A stretch of DNA of 62,062 nt, filler included, from Pseudomonadota bacterium (lineage in GTDB: Bacteria > Desulfobacterota > Desulfobacteria > Desulfobacterales > JBDRRP01): assembly GCA_043825735.1 (NCBI GenBank). It is 4 parts of 4 records of this genome, joined end to end, with 100 filler letters (N's around TTAATTAATTAA, not from the genome) between each part and the next. Parts side by side here need not be neighbours in the genome. Positions count along the whole stretch, not along the records: positions 11,146 to 42,211 come from JBDRRP010000088.1; positions 42,312 to 53,672 come from JBDRRP010000091.1; 2 more parts are not named here. One strand, given 5' to 3'. The position numbers and the translations under genes were made by a program. A model generated the notes under the pieces. That model saw only the letters and a list, made by a program, of their open reading frames with translations, was not told where the DNA came from and made no database searches. Each line of letters opens with the position of its first letter. Within the stretch, counting starts at the first letter, position 1. Of the stretch, positions 40,333 through 48,499 are shown piece after piece.

Positions 40333-40409
40333 GCGCCCGTAGCTCAGCTGGATAGAGCGCCGGACTTCGGATCCGTAGGTCGGGGGTTCGAATCCCTCCG
40401 GGCGCGCCA
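40333..40409 (+). tRNA. tRNA-Arg (TCG)
   Basis: GCGCCCG acceptor, D-loop AGCTGGATA, anticodon loop CT-TCG-GA, TTCGAAT, CCA. Confidence 0.95.
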
Positions 40410-40428
40410 ATTAAATCAAGGGGTTAGC

Positions 40429-41655
40429 TCATTTGAGCTGCCCCTTTTTTTCTTCAAAATCGGCAATTGTGCCCGAAATTGTGCCCATCTGCGATTCCAG
40501 ATAGGCTTGCTGGCGCTTGGCCGCCAGTTTCAGATCGGCATCATTGACGATGTTGTACCGGTCAAAGACCGACCTGGTTTTATGCCCCGATATCATCATC
40601 GCGACCCGCTCCGGAATCCCTGACCGAACCATGTTTCTAACTGCTGTGCGTCTGAAATCGTGGAAGATCGGTCCCGGTGGCAGTGTCCCCTGCCATTTCG
40701 CTACGTATTTCACGCTGATCCGGTAGCCAAATCCAAGCCCAGTCTTACGGCAAGCCTCATTCCAGGCTTTCCGGAAATTGACGATCGGTCCCTTCATGCT
40801 CTTGTTGGGGAAAACATACGGCGTGAGCTTTTTACGCTTTCGCTGTTCCCACTGGTGCTGAAGTAGCGCCATCAACTCGTCATCGAGATAGATGGTGCGG
40901 GCGTCGTCATTCTTGGTTTCACCAACTTTCAGCGTCACGATGCCGTTGGTCAAATCCACGTTCTTGCCCCAGGTCAGTTGAGCGATTTCCTGATCCCGCC
41001 ATCCCGTCCTGTAGCCGAAGGTCACAAATGGCCGGAGGTATTCCGCGAGGGCCTCTCGCAGGGCCAGGAATTGATCATACTCAAAGAAGCCCTTACGGAT
41101 ATTGTTCTCCTTGAGCATGGGGATGTAGGGCACCCGGTTGACTTTGGGCGGCGTCTGCTTTGCTCCGAGATTCAGGATCCGGCGCAGGGCTGCCAGTTCG
41201 CGGTTGATCGTGGCGTTCGCGGCGCCCGGTGTTATGGGCTCCCTGCCACAATAGGGGCAGTGGCTTTCACCATTGTAATGGAACCGCTTGTCGCAACGCT
41301 TGCAGTGCGCCTTCATCCTTTCGGAGACATACTGCTGAATGCGTGGGGTGCTGATTTCAGGGACTTTCACCCCTTCGAACTCCTCTTTCAGGTGCCTCAC
41401 GCTCAGTTCCGCGCGGTCAAGTGACTTTTTGCCGTTGATTCGGTAGTCCGTGATGAATTCCTTGGACAGTTCGTCAAAGGTCACTTTCTCAAACACGATG
41501 CTTGGCACTTTGCCTTGTGCGATTTCACCTTCCTTTCTGTCCAGGAGCTTCTTGGCCACCATTTTTTTGGTGCTCCGAGAGCTCTCCCTGTAGTTTTTAC
41601 CGTTGCGGTAGTACTTGATCCACCATACGTCTCCGCGTTTGTAGAGACTGCCCAT
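40429..41655 (-). CDS. Tyrosine recombinase/integrase
   Basis: Arm-binding-like N-terminus, TGWR..E, KN, HDFRR, SGH, RY catalytic residues. Confidence 0.95.
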   Translation of the reverse strand: MGSLYKRGDVWWIKYYRNGKNYRESSRSTKKMVAKKLLDRKEGEIAQGKVPSIVFEKVTFDELSKEFITDYRINGKKSLDRAELSVRHLKEEFEGVKVPEISTPRIQQYVSERMKAHCKRCDKRFHYNGESHCPYCGREPITPGAANATINRELAALRRILNLGAKQTPPKVNRVPYIPMLKENNIRKGFFEYDQFLALREALAEYLRPFVTFGYRTGWRDQEIAQLTWGKNVDLTNGIVTLKVGETKNDDARTIYLDDELMALLQHQWEQRKRKKLTPYVFPNKSMKGPIVNFRKAWNEACRKTGLGFGYRISVKYVAKWQGTLPPGPIFHDFRRTAVRNMVRSGIPERVAMMISGHKTRSVFDRYNIVNDADLKLAAKRQQAYLESQMGTISGTIADFEEKKGQLK

Positions 41656-41761
41656 ATGTCACCTCCATCCTGCCTTGACGGGCACAAGATGGGAGATCGG
41701 ACGCCCTCAATGTGAGGAGCATCCGATCTCGGTTATTGGTTATCAGGTGTGTTTACTTTAT

Positions 41762-42001
41762 TCAACAATCGAAAGGAAAACGAACCGCAGTACTTTGGCC
41801 ATCCATATAGTCTTGGATGACAAATTTTTTGCAATAGATCTCATCGAAGTTTTCATTGCAGGCCGCGCACCAAAAGGTAATAAAAATGGTCCCATCTTCG
41901 AGATCTTCGAAATGTGTGAATTCTGGGTCCTGTTCACCGCAATAGGGGCAGATTTTTCCAAAGCGAGTTTGAGTTATGAAGTCCGGATTTAGTTTTTTCA
42001 T
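41762..42001 (-). CDS. Small zinc-ribbon-like protein
   Basis: CPYC...CAAC; GGAG RBS; lies between the xis-like gene and the integrase. Confidence 0.55.
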   Translation of the reverse strand: MKKLNPDFITQTRFGKICPYCGEQDPEFTHFEDLEDGTIFITFWCAACNENFDEIYCKKFVIQDYMDGQSTAVRFPFDC

Positions 42002-42013
42002 TTTTCTCTCCAA

Positions 42014-42211
42014 TCAGTTGGTGTGTTTGTTGTTTTTGATGAATCGCTCGATATCCATTAAATCAATGAACATTTTCCGACCGACCTGGACATACGGAAG
42101 CTGGCCGTCCCAGACCTGTGATCGCCAGAACCATTCGGTTGCTCCGATTTCGCTGGCCAACTCCTTGATGGAGTAGAGCCTTTTCTTGGGCACATTCTGG
42201 GCACAGGGCTC
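42014..42211 (-). CDS. Excisionase-like HTH protein (5' partial)
   Basis: Manual translation ...KRLYSIKELASEIGATEWFWRSQVWDGQLPYVQVGRKMFIDLMDIERFIKNNKHTN*. Confidence 0.75.
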   Translation of the reverse strand, partial: EPCAQNVPKKRLYSIKELASEIGATEWFWRSQVWDGQLPYVQVGRKMFIDLMDIERFIKNNKHTN

Positions 42212-42311
42212 NNNNNNNNNNNNNNNNNNNNNNNNNNNNNNNNNNNNNNNNNNNNTTAATTAATTAANNNNNNNNNNNNNNNNNNNNNNNNNNNNNNNNN
42301 NNNNNNNNNNN
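42212..42311. other. Artificial contig spacer
   Basis: N run with TTAATTAATTAA. Confidence 0.97.
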
Positions 42312-42768
42312 TTGACGGCGCAGCGTGCTTTTGATGCCGGAATGAATCGTGTCCGGCGTTTTCCAAGCACAGCGCCCGGTTTTTCGATACCGATAGCGAT
42401 CCCGATTTCGAGGCCACAGCCCAAACGGATAAGTTAGCGCTTATGGGGTTTACCCCCTCCCGGAATCGGCAAAGATTACCGACATCGCCCGGGTTCACCG
42501 AGCACGGGCGGGGATCCTCCTTCGCCAAGGCTATGGTGGACAGGTAAACCCCGCACCCTACATAATAATTTTTCACGGCACCCATTTGGGGATGCCACGG
42601 TGGGCGCTTTGTCGCAATGATGAACATCATCTTTCCAAACAGAGCGCGCGCCGTCTCTTCTCTGCGTCCCTGCGCCTCTGCGCGAAAACGGTTTTTGCTT
42701 TTCTTCGTAGACTTCGTGATCTTCGTGTTCTTCGTGGTTCGCGTATCAATGATGCAGGCAAGGACAAC

Positions 42769-43299
42769 TTGAGGATTGTACAAAACGCTATTTCGGAAAA
42801 CGCGCCGCTTCGGCAGCGCCTTGCTGCTGCGGTGGCCGCGTGGCAGGAAAGCCCACCCACACGGGCGGCGATGGTGGATACCGCCAAGGCCCTCATGGAA
42901 TGGCGCGAGCGCACCGGCGCCACCGGTCTGTGGGACGCGGCGCCCCGGATGGTGACCGCCACCGTCGATGACGGCATGGGCCAGGGGCTTGACCTGATTC
43001 ACCGCTTTGCCCGCCTGGCCGGTGTCGACCTTCACCCCCTGGGACTGATGGTCCCGGTCGCCGATATTGTGGCCGCGTGCCGCCACCTGCAGCCGGCATG
43101 GCTGGGTATGACCGTGCTCCAGTTCGATTCAGAGCCCTTCATCACCGGCATCCGGGCGGCGCTGCCAGCCAGCGTCCGGATCATTGCCGGCGGCCCGCTG
43201 TTCAAAGCCGATCCGGATCTGGCCGCCCGCTGCGGCATCGATACGGTCCTTCCCAGCGCTGCGGCCTTTGCAGCGTATCTGCTGGCGTACGGCCCATGA
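42769..43299 (+). CDS. Cobalamin-binding-domain-like protein (His ligand absent)
   Basis: VTATVDDGMGQG, G..LHPLG.MVP, LGMTV, IIAGG, CGID; start uncertain. Confidence 0.7.
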   Translation: MRIVQNAISENAPLRQRLAAAVAAWQESPPTRAAMVDTAKALMEWRERTGATGLWDAAPRMVTATVDDGMGQGLDLIHRFARLAGVDLHPLGLMVPVADIVAACRHLQPAWLGMTVLQFDSEPFITGIRAALPASVRIIAGGPLFKADPDLAARCGIDTVLPSAAAFAAYLLAYGP

Positions 43300-44246
43300 A
43301 CGCCTCATCGCCGCAACCCCCGCCGACAGCGGGAAATGCCCCCCTCACCCTGAAGGCCGCCCTGGCCGTCGCCTTTCTCTGCATGCTCTTCGGGGCAAAC
43401 ACCGTGGCCATCAAGGTGAGTCTGGAAGGATTGGGGATTTTCACCGCAGCGCTCATTCGTTTTTCCATCGCCGCAGTTGCCATCAGTCTGTGGGCGCTGG
43501 CCACAGGCCGGCCGTTCCGGCTGGGACGCGGCCGCATCCGGGAGATGGCGCTCATTTCAGTGATCTTCTCGGTGCAGGTATCGCTCATGTACTGGGGCAT
43601 CAGCCGCACCCTGGCCTCCAGGGCCACCCTCCTGGTCAACATCCAGCCCTTTTTCGTACTCGTCTGGGCGCACTTCTGGTTGCCGGATGACCGGTTCACC
43701 TTACGAAAGATGCTGGGTCTGTTGCTGGCATTCGGGGGCGTGGCGGCCATCGTCCGGGACCCGGCCGCCATCAAGGCCGGTATCACCTCGGGGGATTTAA
43801 TCATGCTGGGGGCGACCCTGCTGTGGTCTTTCAACGCCATCGCGGTCAAGCGGATCATCGGCCGCTACGAGCCCTTCCACATCGTGCTCTACCCCATGCT
43901 GGCCGCCACCGCCGTATTCGCTGTGGAAGCCGCCCTGTGGGATGTGATTCCGGCCGGTCGCATCGACGGCGCCGTGGTGGTATCGCTCGCCTACCAGAGC
44001 CTGGTGACCGCCTCATTCGGGTTCGTGGCGTGGAACCATCTGCTCCAGCGCTACGGCGCGGTGAGCGTCCACTCCTTTCTCTTCATCCTGCCGGTGACCG
44101 GCGTACTGTTCAGCGGCCTCATTTTAGGCGAGCCGATCACCCTGAGAATTCTGCTCTCCATGGGGCTCATCATGATCGGTCTTTTCGTCATCCACTACCG
44201 GCAGCGCAAAACCGTGGAGACCATACCCCTGAGCCGGAATATTTAA
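43296..44246 (+). CDS. DMT/EamA family transporter
   Basis: About 10 TM segments, two EamA-like halves, LILGEPIT. Confidence 0.88.
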   Translation: MNASSPQPPPTAGNAPLTLKAALAVAFLCMLFGANTVAIKVSLEGLGIFTAALIRFSIAAVAISLWALATGRPFRLGRGRIREMALISVIFSVQVSLMYWGISRTLASRATLLVNIQPFFVLVWAHFWLPDDRFTLRKMLGLLLAFGGVAAIVRDPAAIKAGITSGDLIMLGATLLWSFNAIAVKRIIGRYEPFHIVLYPMLAATAVFAVEAALWDVIPAGRIDGAVVVSLAYQSLVTASFGFVAWNHLLQRYGAVSVHSFLFILPVTGVLFSGLILGEPITLRILLSMGLIMIGLFVIHYRQRKTVETIPLSRNI

Positions 44247-45079
44247 AAGTACAGCTTGCCGTAGAGCATGGCGCCCATGTATTTGAAGGTAAAGGCGCCC
44301 AGAAGGTTGACGCTGGGGTAGTCGTTGCCCTCGGCCTCCACGTGCAGGTTGAAACTCTCGATGCCGAGACCCACCCCGAAATGCTTGAACCAGTTGTATT
44401 CGACGGCACTTTTGAAATCCACGAGAGAGCCCTTGAAGTTGCCCAGTTCCATGTAGAAAACGTCCAGGTTGTTTTTCAGCATCCATTTGGGGGTGATGGC
44501 AAAATCGGCGCGCAGCCCCACCACGGGCAAGGGGGCGGTCACACCTTCGGACGTGTGATTGTTGATGGCGCCGGTGGCATTGAGCTCAAAGCTGATTGGG
44601 CAGATGAACACCCCAGCCCCAAGGGCCAGGTCCATGCGGTCGTCCTGGAAAAAAGAATAGCTGTAGGCCAGCTTGTAGATGTCCAGGTTCAGTGAGGTCG
44701 TCACATCCGAGCCCGTGGGCAGCACGGTGCTGCCGATAGTGATGTCGCGGCCCAGTTTGGCCGCACCGTTGCGGTGTATGGAAAACCAGGTCGCATCGAG
44801 CCGGTGGCGCAGGTTGTCGGTGAAGCGCCACATGCCGTCGGTGCGAAACACCGTGGTGGTGCTATCCAGTCCGAAGACTTCTTCCGCATCGATGCTGACG
44901 CCGATGCCGGGCGCCCCGATGCGCACTTCGCTGTTGGTGCCCGACAGAAACGAGCCCAGCGTAATGGCGCCCTTGGCCCAGGGTTTCCCCTTGCCGGTGG
45001 TGGCTTCATCCGCATAGGCCATCACCGCAAGGGCCAGGACGCTGAAAACCGCCATCTTCATAATGAGAAATTTTTTCAT
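44243..45079 (-). CDS. Putative outer-membrane beta-barrel protein
   Basis: Signal peptide, amphipathic strands, C-terminal YGKLYF. Confidence 0.75.
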   Translation of the reverse strand: MKKFLIMKMAVFSVLALAVMAYADEATTGKGKPWAKGAITLGSFLSGTNSEVRIGAPGIGVSIDAEEVFGLDSTTTVFRTDGMWRFTDNLRHRLDATWFSIHRNGAAKLGRDITIGSTVLPTGSDVTTSLNLDIYKLAYSYSFFQDDRMDLALGAGVFICPISFELNATGAINNHTSEGVTAPLPVVGLRADFAITPKWMLKNNLDVFYMELGNFKGSLVDFKSAVEYNWFKHFGVGLGIESFNLHVEAEGNDYPSVNLLGAFTFKYMGAMLYGKLYF

Positions 45080-45226
45080 TTGCTGCCTCCATGAACTCTT
45101 GCGACATGTTATTGGCCTGAGAGCGCCATCAGCTCACCCGTAAAACCACCCTACAGGCGATCAAAGGCGCCGGGTATCAATGCGTCCGCTTTGCGGAGAT
45201 TCCGGCTTGTTACGGGGCTATCCACT

Positions 45227-45496
45227 TTGATGCATTCGCAAAAAATCAATTTTCTCGCGAAGACGCCAAGCACGCAAAGAAAAAGTTATTCATTATCAAT
45301 TTGTTAACTTTGCGATCTTTGCGGCTTTGCGAGGGATTCCGACTTTTTACCGGTTCATCAACTTTGATGACCATGTAAAAAGTCTGAAATCACCACGGAG
45401 GACGCAGCGGACACCGAGATAGCCCATTAATTATTAAGCATACTCTCTGCGTTCCTCTGCGATCTCCGCGGTTCAAAATCATTTTTTTCGGCGTTC
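45227..45496. repeat. Two back-to-back family A elements
   Basis: 45227-45361 and 45364-~45496, junction ATCAA-CT-TTGAT. Confidence 0.75.
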
Positions 45497-45513
45497 CTCG
45501 TGCGGCGCCAGTA

Positions 45514-48339
45514 TCACTGGCCCAGCCAGTAGACGAGACCGGGCAGATCGAGAACGCTCACTGTCAGAAAAAGCGTATCCCCCGCCCTGTGAACGATATC
45601 GCGGGCGCCGAAACCTATGCGCAGCCGATTCTTGAGCAGATTGGCATGCACATCCAACCCGAAAGTGGTCTGATCCCCGGTTGCCGGGTTCTCCCAGTCA
45701 TGGTAGGCGGCCGGCGTGATCCCCCAGCCCGAGAAAATCCACGTGTCCGCCATTTTGGTCAGGTCAAGACCGAGGACGCCGTAGTTTTTACGGGCAGCAT
45801 CTGTATTGGATTTGAACAGGCCGCCGGTGAACCCCAGCCCCATGCGAACCCCTGCAGTGAAGTCATCGATTCGCCATGTGGGCTGCCAGAATACCAGGAT
45901 ATCGCCTTCCGACAGGTCAAAGGCGGCTTCATATGGAATGATGTTTCGCCAGAACCAGGAATCGGGTGCCGTCGATGGGGAAAAAGAGAACGGCGGGTAT
46001 TTATAGGTGGCGGTTCTGAGCGCCAGAGCGCCGGCCCCCATCAGGCCCGTATTGGCCTTTTCCTGTTTCACAGGGTCGGGTTCACGGGCGCGGTAGACGG
46101 CTTCCGACTGTTTTTCGAGGTAAACCAGGCGCGCGGTTGCGCGGTCGACCAATTCTGTTGACCAGTATTCCGGATCCGCCATGATCGCGGTCAACAAAGA
46201 CGCACCGCCGTCAGTCGATGGGGCCGGCTTGAACCCTTCTGCCTTGAGGAACTCAAAAAATACGCGCTCGGTCGACAGCAGCCCGTCCGAGGTGGCGTCG
46301 CCTCGCCCGGCGGAAATATAGGTCTTGCTGAGCCCCTCGAAAATGATTCGGGTATCGCGATCCTCCGGCGGCATCGGATCATAGGCCCAGCGCAGGCCCC
46401 CTTCCTTGCCGAATTCCTGCCGGGCCACCAGCGCGAAAGCGTATCGGCTCTTGGGATTGTCGGCCATGCCCAGCAGCGTGAAAAATTGCTGGCTCAGCCG
46501 GTCGCGGCAGGCCTGGCGCTGGGAGTGCTGATCCTCACCGGGATAATTCCCTTCGCACTGACTATCGGCAAGCGCCATAATGGCATCGCTGACGCCTACA
46601 AAATAATCGTATTCACGGAACTTATAGTCCAGAAACGCCCCGAAAGAGTCGAGCAGCAGCGCGGTGATGGGGCCGCCGCGGCTGGTGACGTGCATCAATC
46701 GGTCCGAGTCCGGCGACATCGCCGACCGCCGGATATCGTTTTTGAGGTTTGCCTCTTCGGGAAGCACTTTTGCGGAAAGCGCCACCAGCGTATCGGCCAG
46801 TTGCCTTCTCAATCTCGATGCGTCGATGGTGCAATCGGAAACGATGGCCGGCTCGGCAGCGGCCGGTGGCGGCTGGCATGAAACGGCGATGTCCGCCTTC
46901 AGCAGGGCCTGCTCGCTCAGGGGGGCGCGGATGGGGACAATCCGGTGGGAGTGGGTCAGCGCCATGAGCCGTGCGGCATATCGCAGGCGGTCGCTGCAAC
47001 CCGGCTGTTCATCAAAAAAAAGCAGCTCCGAATCACATCGCATGCCCGGCCGGTTGGCATCGATGGCATCGGCCATCTGGCGGCTTAACTGGGAAAGATT
47101 CAGCCGCCAGTTGTCACTGGTCAACTCCCGGTAGAGTTCATAGCGCCGGGCGGTTCCGATGGCGCCGCCGAGAACGACCGTTTCAGAGCCAAAATCGTGA
47201 GTCATCGTCCGGCAGGCCTCGGGAGGGTTTTCGCCGCCGCAGGCCCGCGCTTCCTCCGGCACCGCGGTCTCATACCGCTCCCGGTTGGGATCGAGATAAA
47301 TATATTGGACCGGCAGCGGCTTCTTCCGGTATCCCGCACTGGATTCAGAAAGCCGGCGCGCCAGACCGATGGGCAGGTTGTCAAACAGGCCGCCATCGGC
47401 AAATTCGGCTTCCTCCAGTGAATACCCGTCCGGGCAGACCAGTGCGGCTTGCGGCTTGCCGCCGGTTCCCGCAGGAGACGACGCGCCGGCGCCGTCAGCC
47501 GGTGACATGATTTTTTTCCGGCAGTATTGCAGGCGTTTGCGTCCGAACCCGCCGGGGAAGGCGCTGGTCGTCATCAACGCATCCACGACCTGTTGATCCG
47601 AGATGGAAAAGGGCGTGCCATCCACAGGCCAGGGCATGAGAATCATTGCCGGGTCGGTCAGAGACGGGTAGTCTCCGGGATCGAAAAAAAATGAGGCACT
47701 GCCGTCCGCACGGGTTCGCAGTTCAAGAGGGATGAAAAATCGCTGGTTTTCAACGGCAATGCCGCTGATCAGCATGGTATCGGGCTTGACCCGGGTTACC
47801 GTAAGCCCAAGGGGCACCCGCAACCCGGGCCGGAATGTTCCTGGCCGTCGCCACTTTTGAGCCACCTCCCAGGCGACCGCGACAAGGTCTTTTCGAGAGA
47901 GCAAGGCGTCATCGGGTGAGTACTGGGGAGAGTCCGCCGTGGGCGGCAAGAGCCGGTTCACGTCGGGGGTCAACCATACATCCCGGAAAATATTGTCATC
48001 GATACGATTGGCGAATCCGCCGCGGTTTTCCGTGTTCACCGACCAGGCCAAAGCGGCGAGCAGTGTGTTGATGCCGCCGGCCGATGCCCCGGCGATGCTG
48101 GAGATTTCAATGGGTTTCGGCGCGCCGCCCGGCGCCCAGTCTTTGGCGCTTTCGGTCTGGCGCAGGACGTCGATCAGCCCCCAGATCAGTCCGGCTTCGT
48201 ATGCGCCCATGCTGGCCCCGCCGCTGATGGCCAGGGAAATTCGATTCGGCGGGGTTTCGGCCGCTACAGGCAATGCGCAACAGAGCGATAACACGAGTAT
48301 CAGACTAATCAGGACTGACATAAAAGGCCGGATTTGCAT
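45514..48339 (-). CDS. Exported patatin-like phospholipase
   Basis: Signal peptide, SGGASMG, GASAG nucleophile motif, SAFP, DGG. Confidence 0.85.
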   Translation of the reverse strand: MQIRPFMSVLISLILVLSLCCALPVAAETPPNRISLAISGGASMGAYEAGLIWGLIDVLRQTESAKDWAPGGAPKPIEISSIAGASAGGINTLLAALAWSVNTENRGGFANRIDDNIFRDVWLTPDVNRLLPPTADSPQYSPDDALLSRKDLVAVAWEVAQKWRRPGTFRPGLRVPLGLTVTRVKPDTMLISGIAVENQRFFIPLELRTRADGSASFFFDPGDYPSLTDPAMILMPWPVDGTPFSISDQQVVDALMTTSAFPGGFGRKRLQYCRKKIMSPADGAGASSPAGTGGKPQAALVCPDGYSLEEAEFADGGLFDNLPIGLARRLSESSAGYRKKPLPVQYIYLDPNRERYETAVPEEARACGGENPPEACRTMTHDFGSETVVLGGAIGTARRYELYRELTSDNWRLNLSQLSRQMADAIDANRPGMRCDSELLFFDEQPGCSDRLRYAARLMALTHSHRIVPIRAPLSEQALLKADIAVSCQPPPAAAEPAIVSDCTIDASRLRRQLADTLVALSAKVLPEEANLKNDIRRSAMSPDSDRLMHVTSRGGPITALLLDSFGAFLDYKFREYDYFVGVSDAIMALADSQCEGNYPGEDQHSQRQACRDRLSQQFFTLLGMADNPKSRYAFALVARQEFGKEGGLRWAYDPMPPEDRDTRIIFEGLSKTYISAGRGDATSDGLLSTERVFFEFLKAEGFKPAPSTDGGASLLTAIMADPEYWSTELVDRATARLVYLEKQSEAVYRAREPDPVKQEKANTGLMGAGALALRTATYKYPPFSFSPSTAPDSWFWRNIIPYEAAFDLSEGDILVFWQPTWRIDDFTAGVRMGLGFTGGLFKSNTDAARKNYGVLGLDLTKMADTWIFSGWGITPAAYHDWENPATGDQTTFGLDVHANLLKNRLRIGFGARDIVHRAGDTLFLTVSVLDLPGLVYWLGQ

Positions 48340-48367
48340 GCTGAATCCTCTTTTGCGGACGGGAAGT

Positions 48368-48497
48368 TTGACAAACTCGCAAAAAGTCTGAAATCACCAC
48401 AGAGGACGCAGAGAGCGCAGAGATAATTTATAAATGGCATAGACTCTCTGCGGTCCTCTGCGGTCTCTGGGGTTCAAAATTACTGTTTATGGATGGA
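48368..48497. repeat. Family A element
   Basis: TTGACAAACTCGCAAAAAGTCTGAAATCACCACAGAGG..., inverted match to the end of the 17041-17168 copy. Confidence 0.7.
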
Positions 48498-48499
48498 TG

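Larger units (their letters stand above)
40410..42211 (-). mobile_element. End of an integrative element or prophage at tRNA-Arg (truncated by the gap)
   Basis: Integrase ends 19 nt from the tRNA 3' end; excisionase-like gene upstream; lower GC. Confidence 0.8.

Noticed and set aside
42256..42768. ORFs 42256-43086 (-) and the 42586 start extension
   Set aside because: They translate repeat sequence or the N spacer
45090..45220. c-di-GMP-like riboswitch upstream of the beta-barrel gene
   Set aside because: Only a GCAAA/GGACGC resemblance; the two-stem consensus is not present
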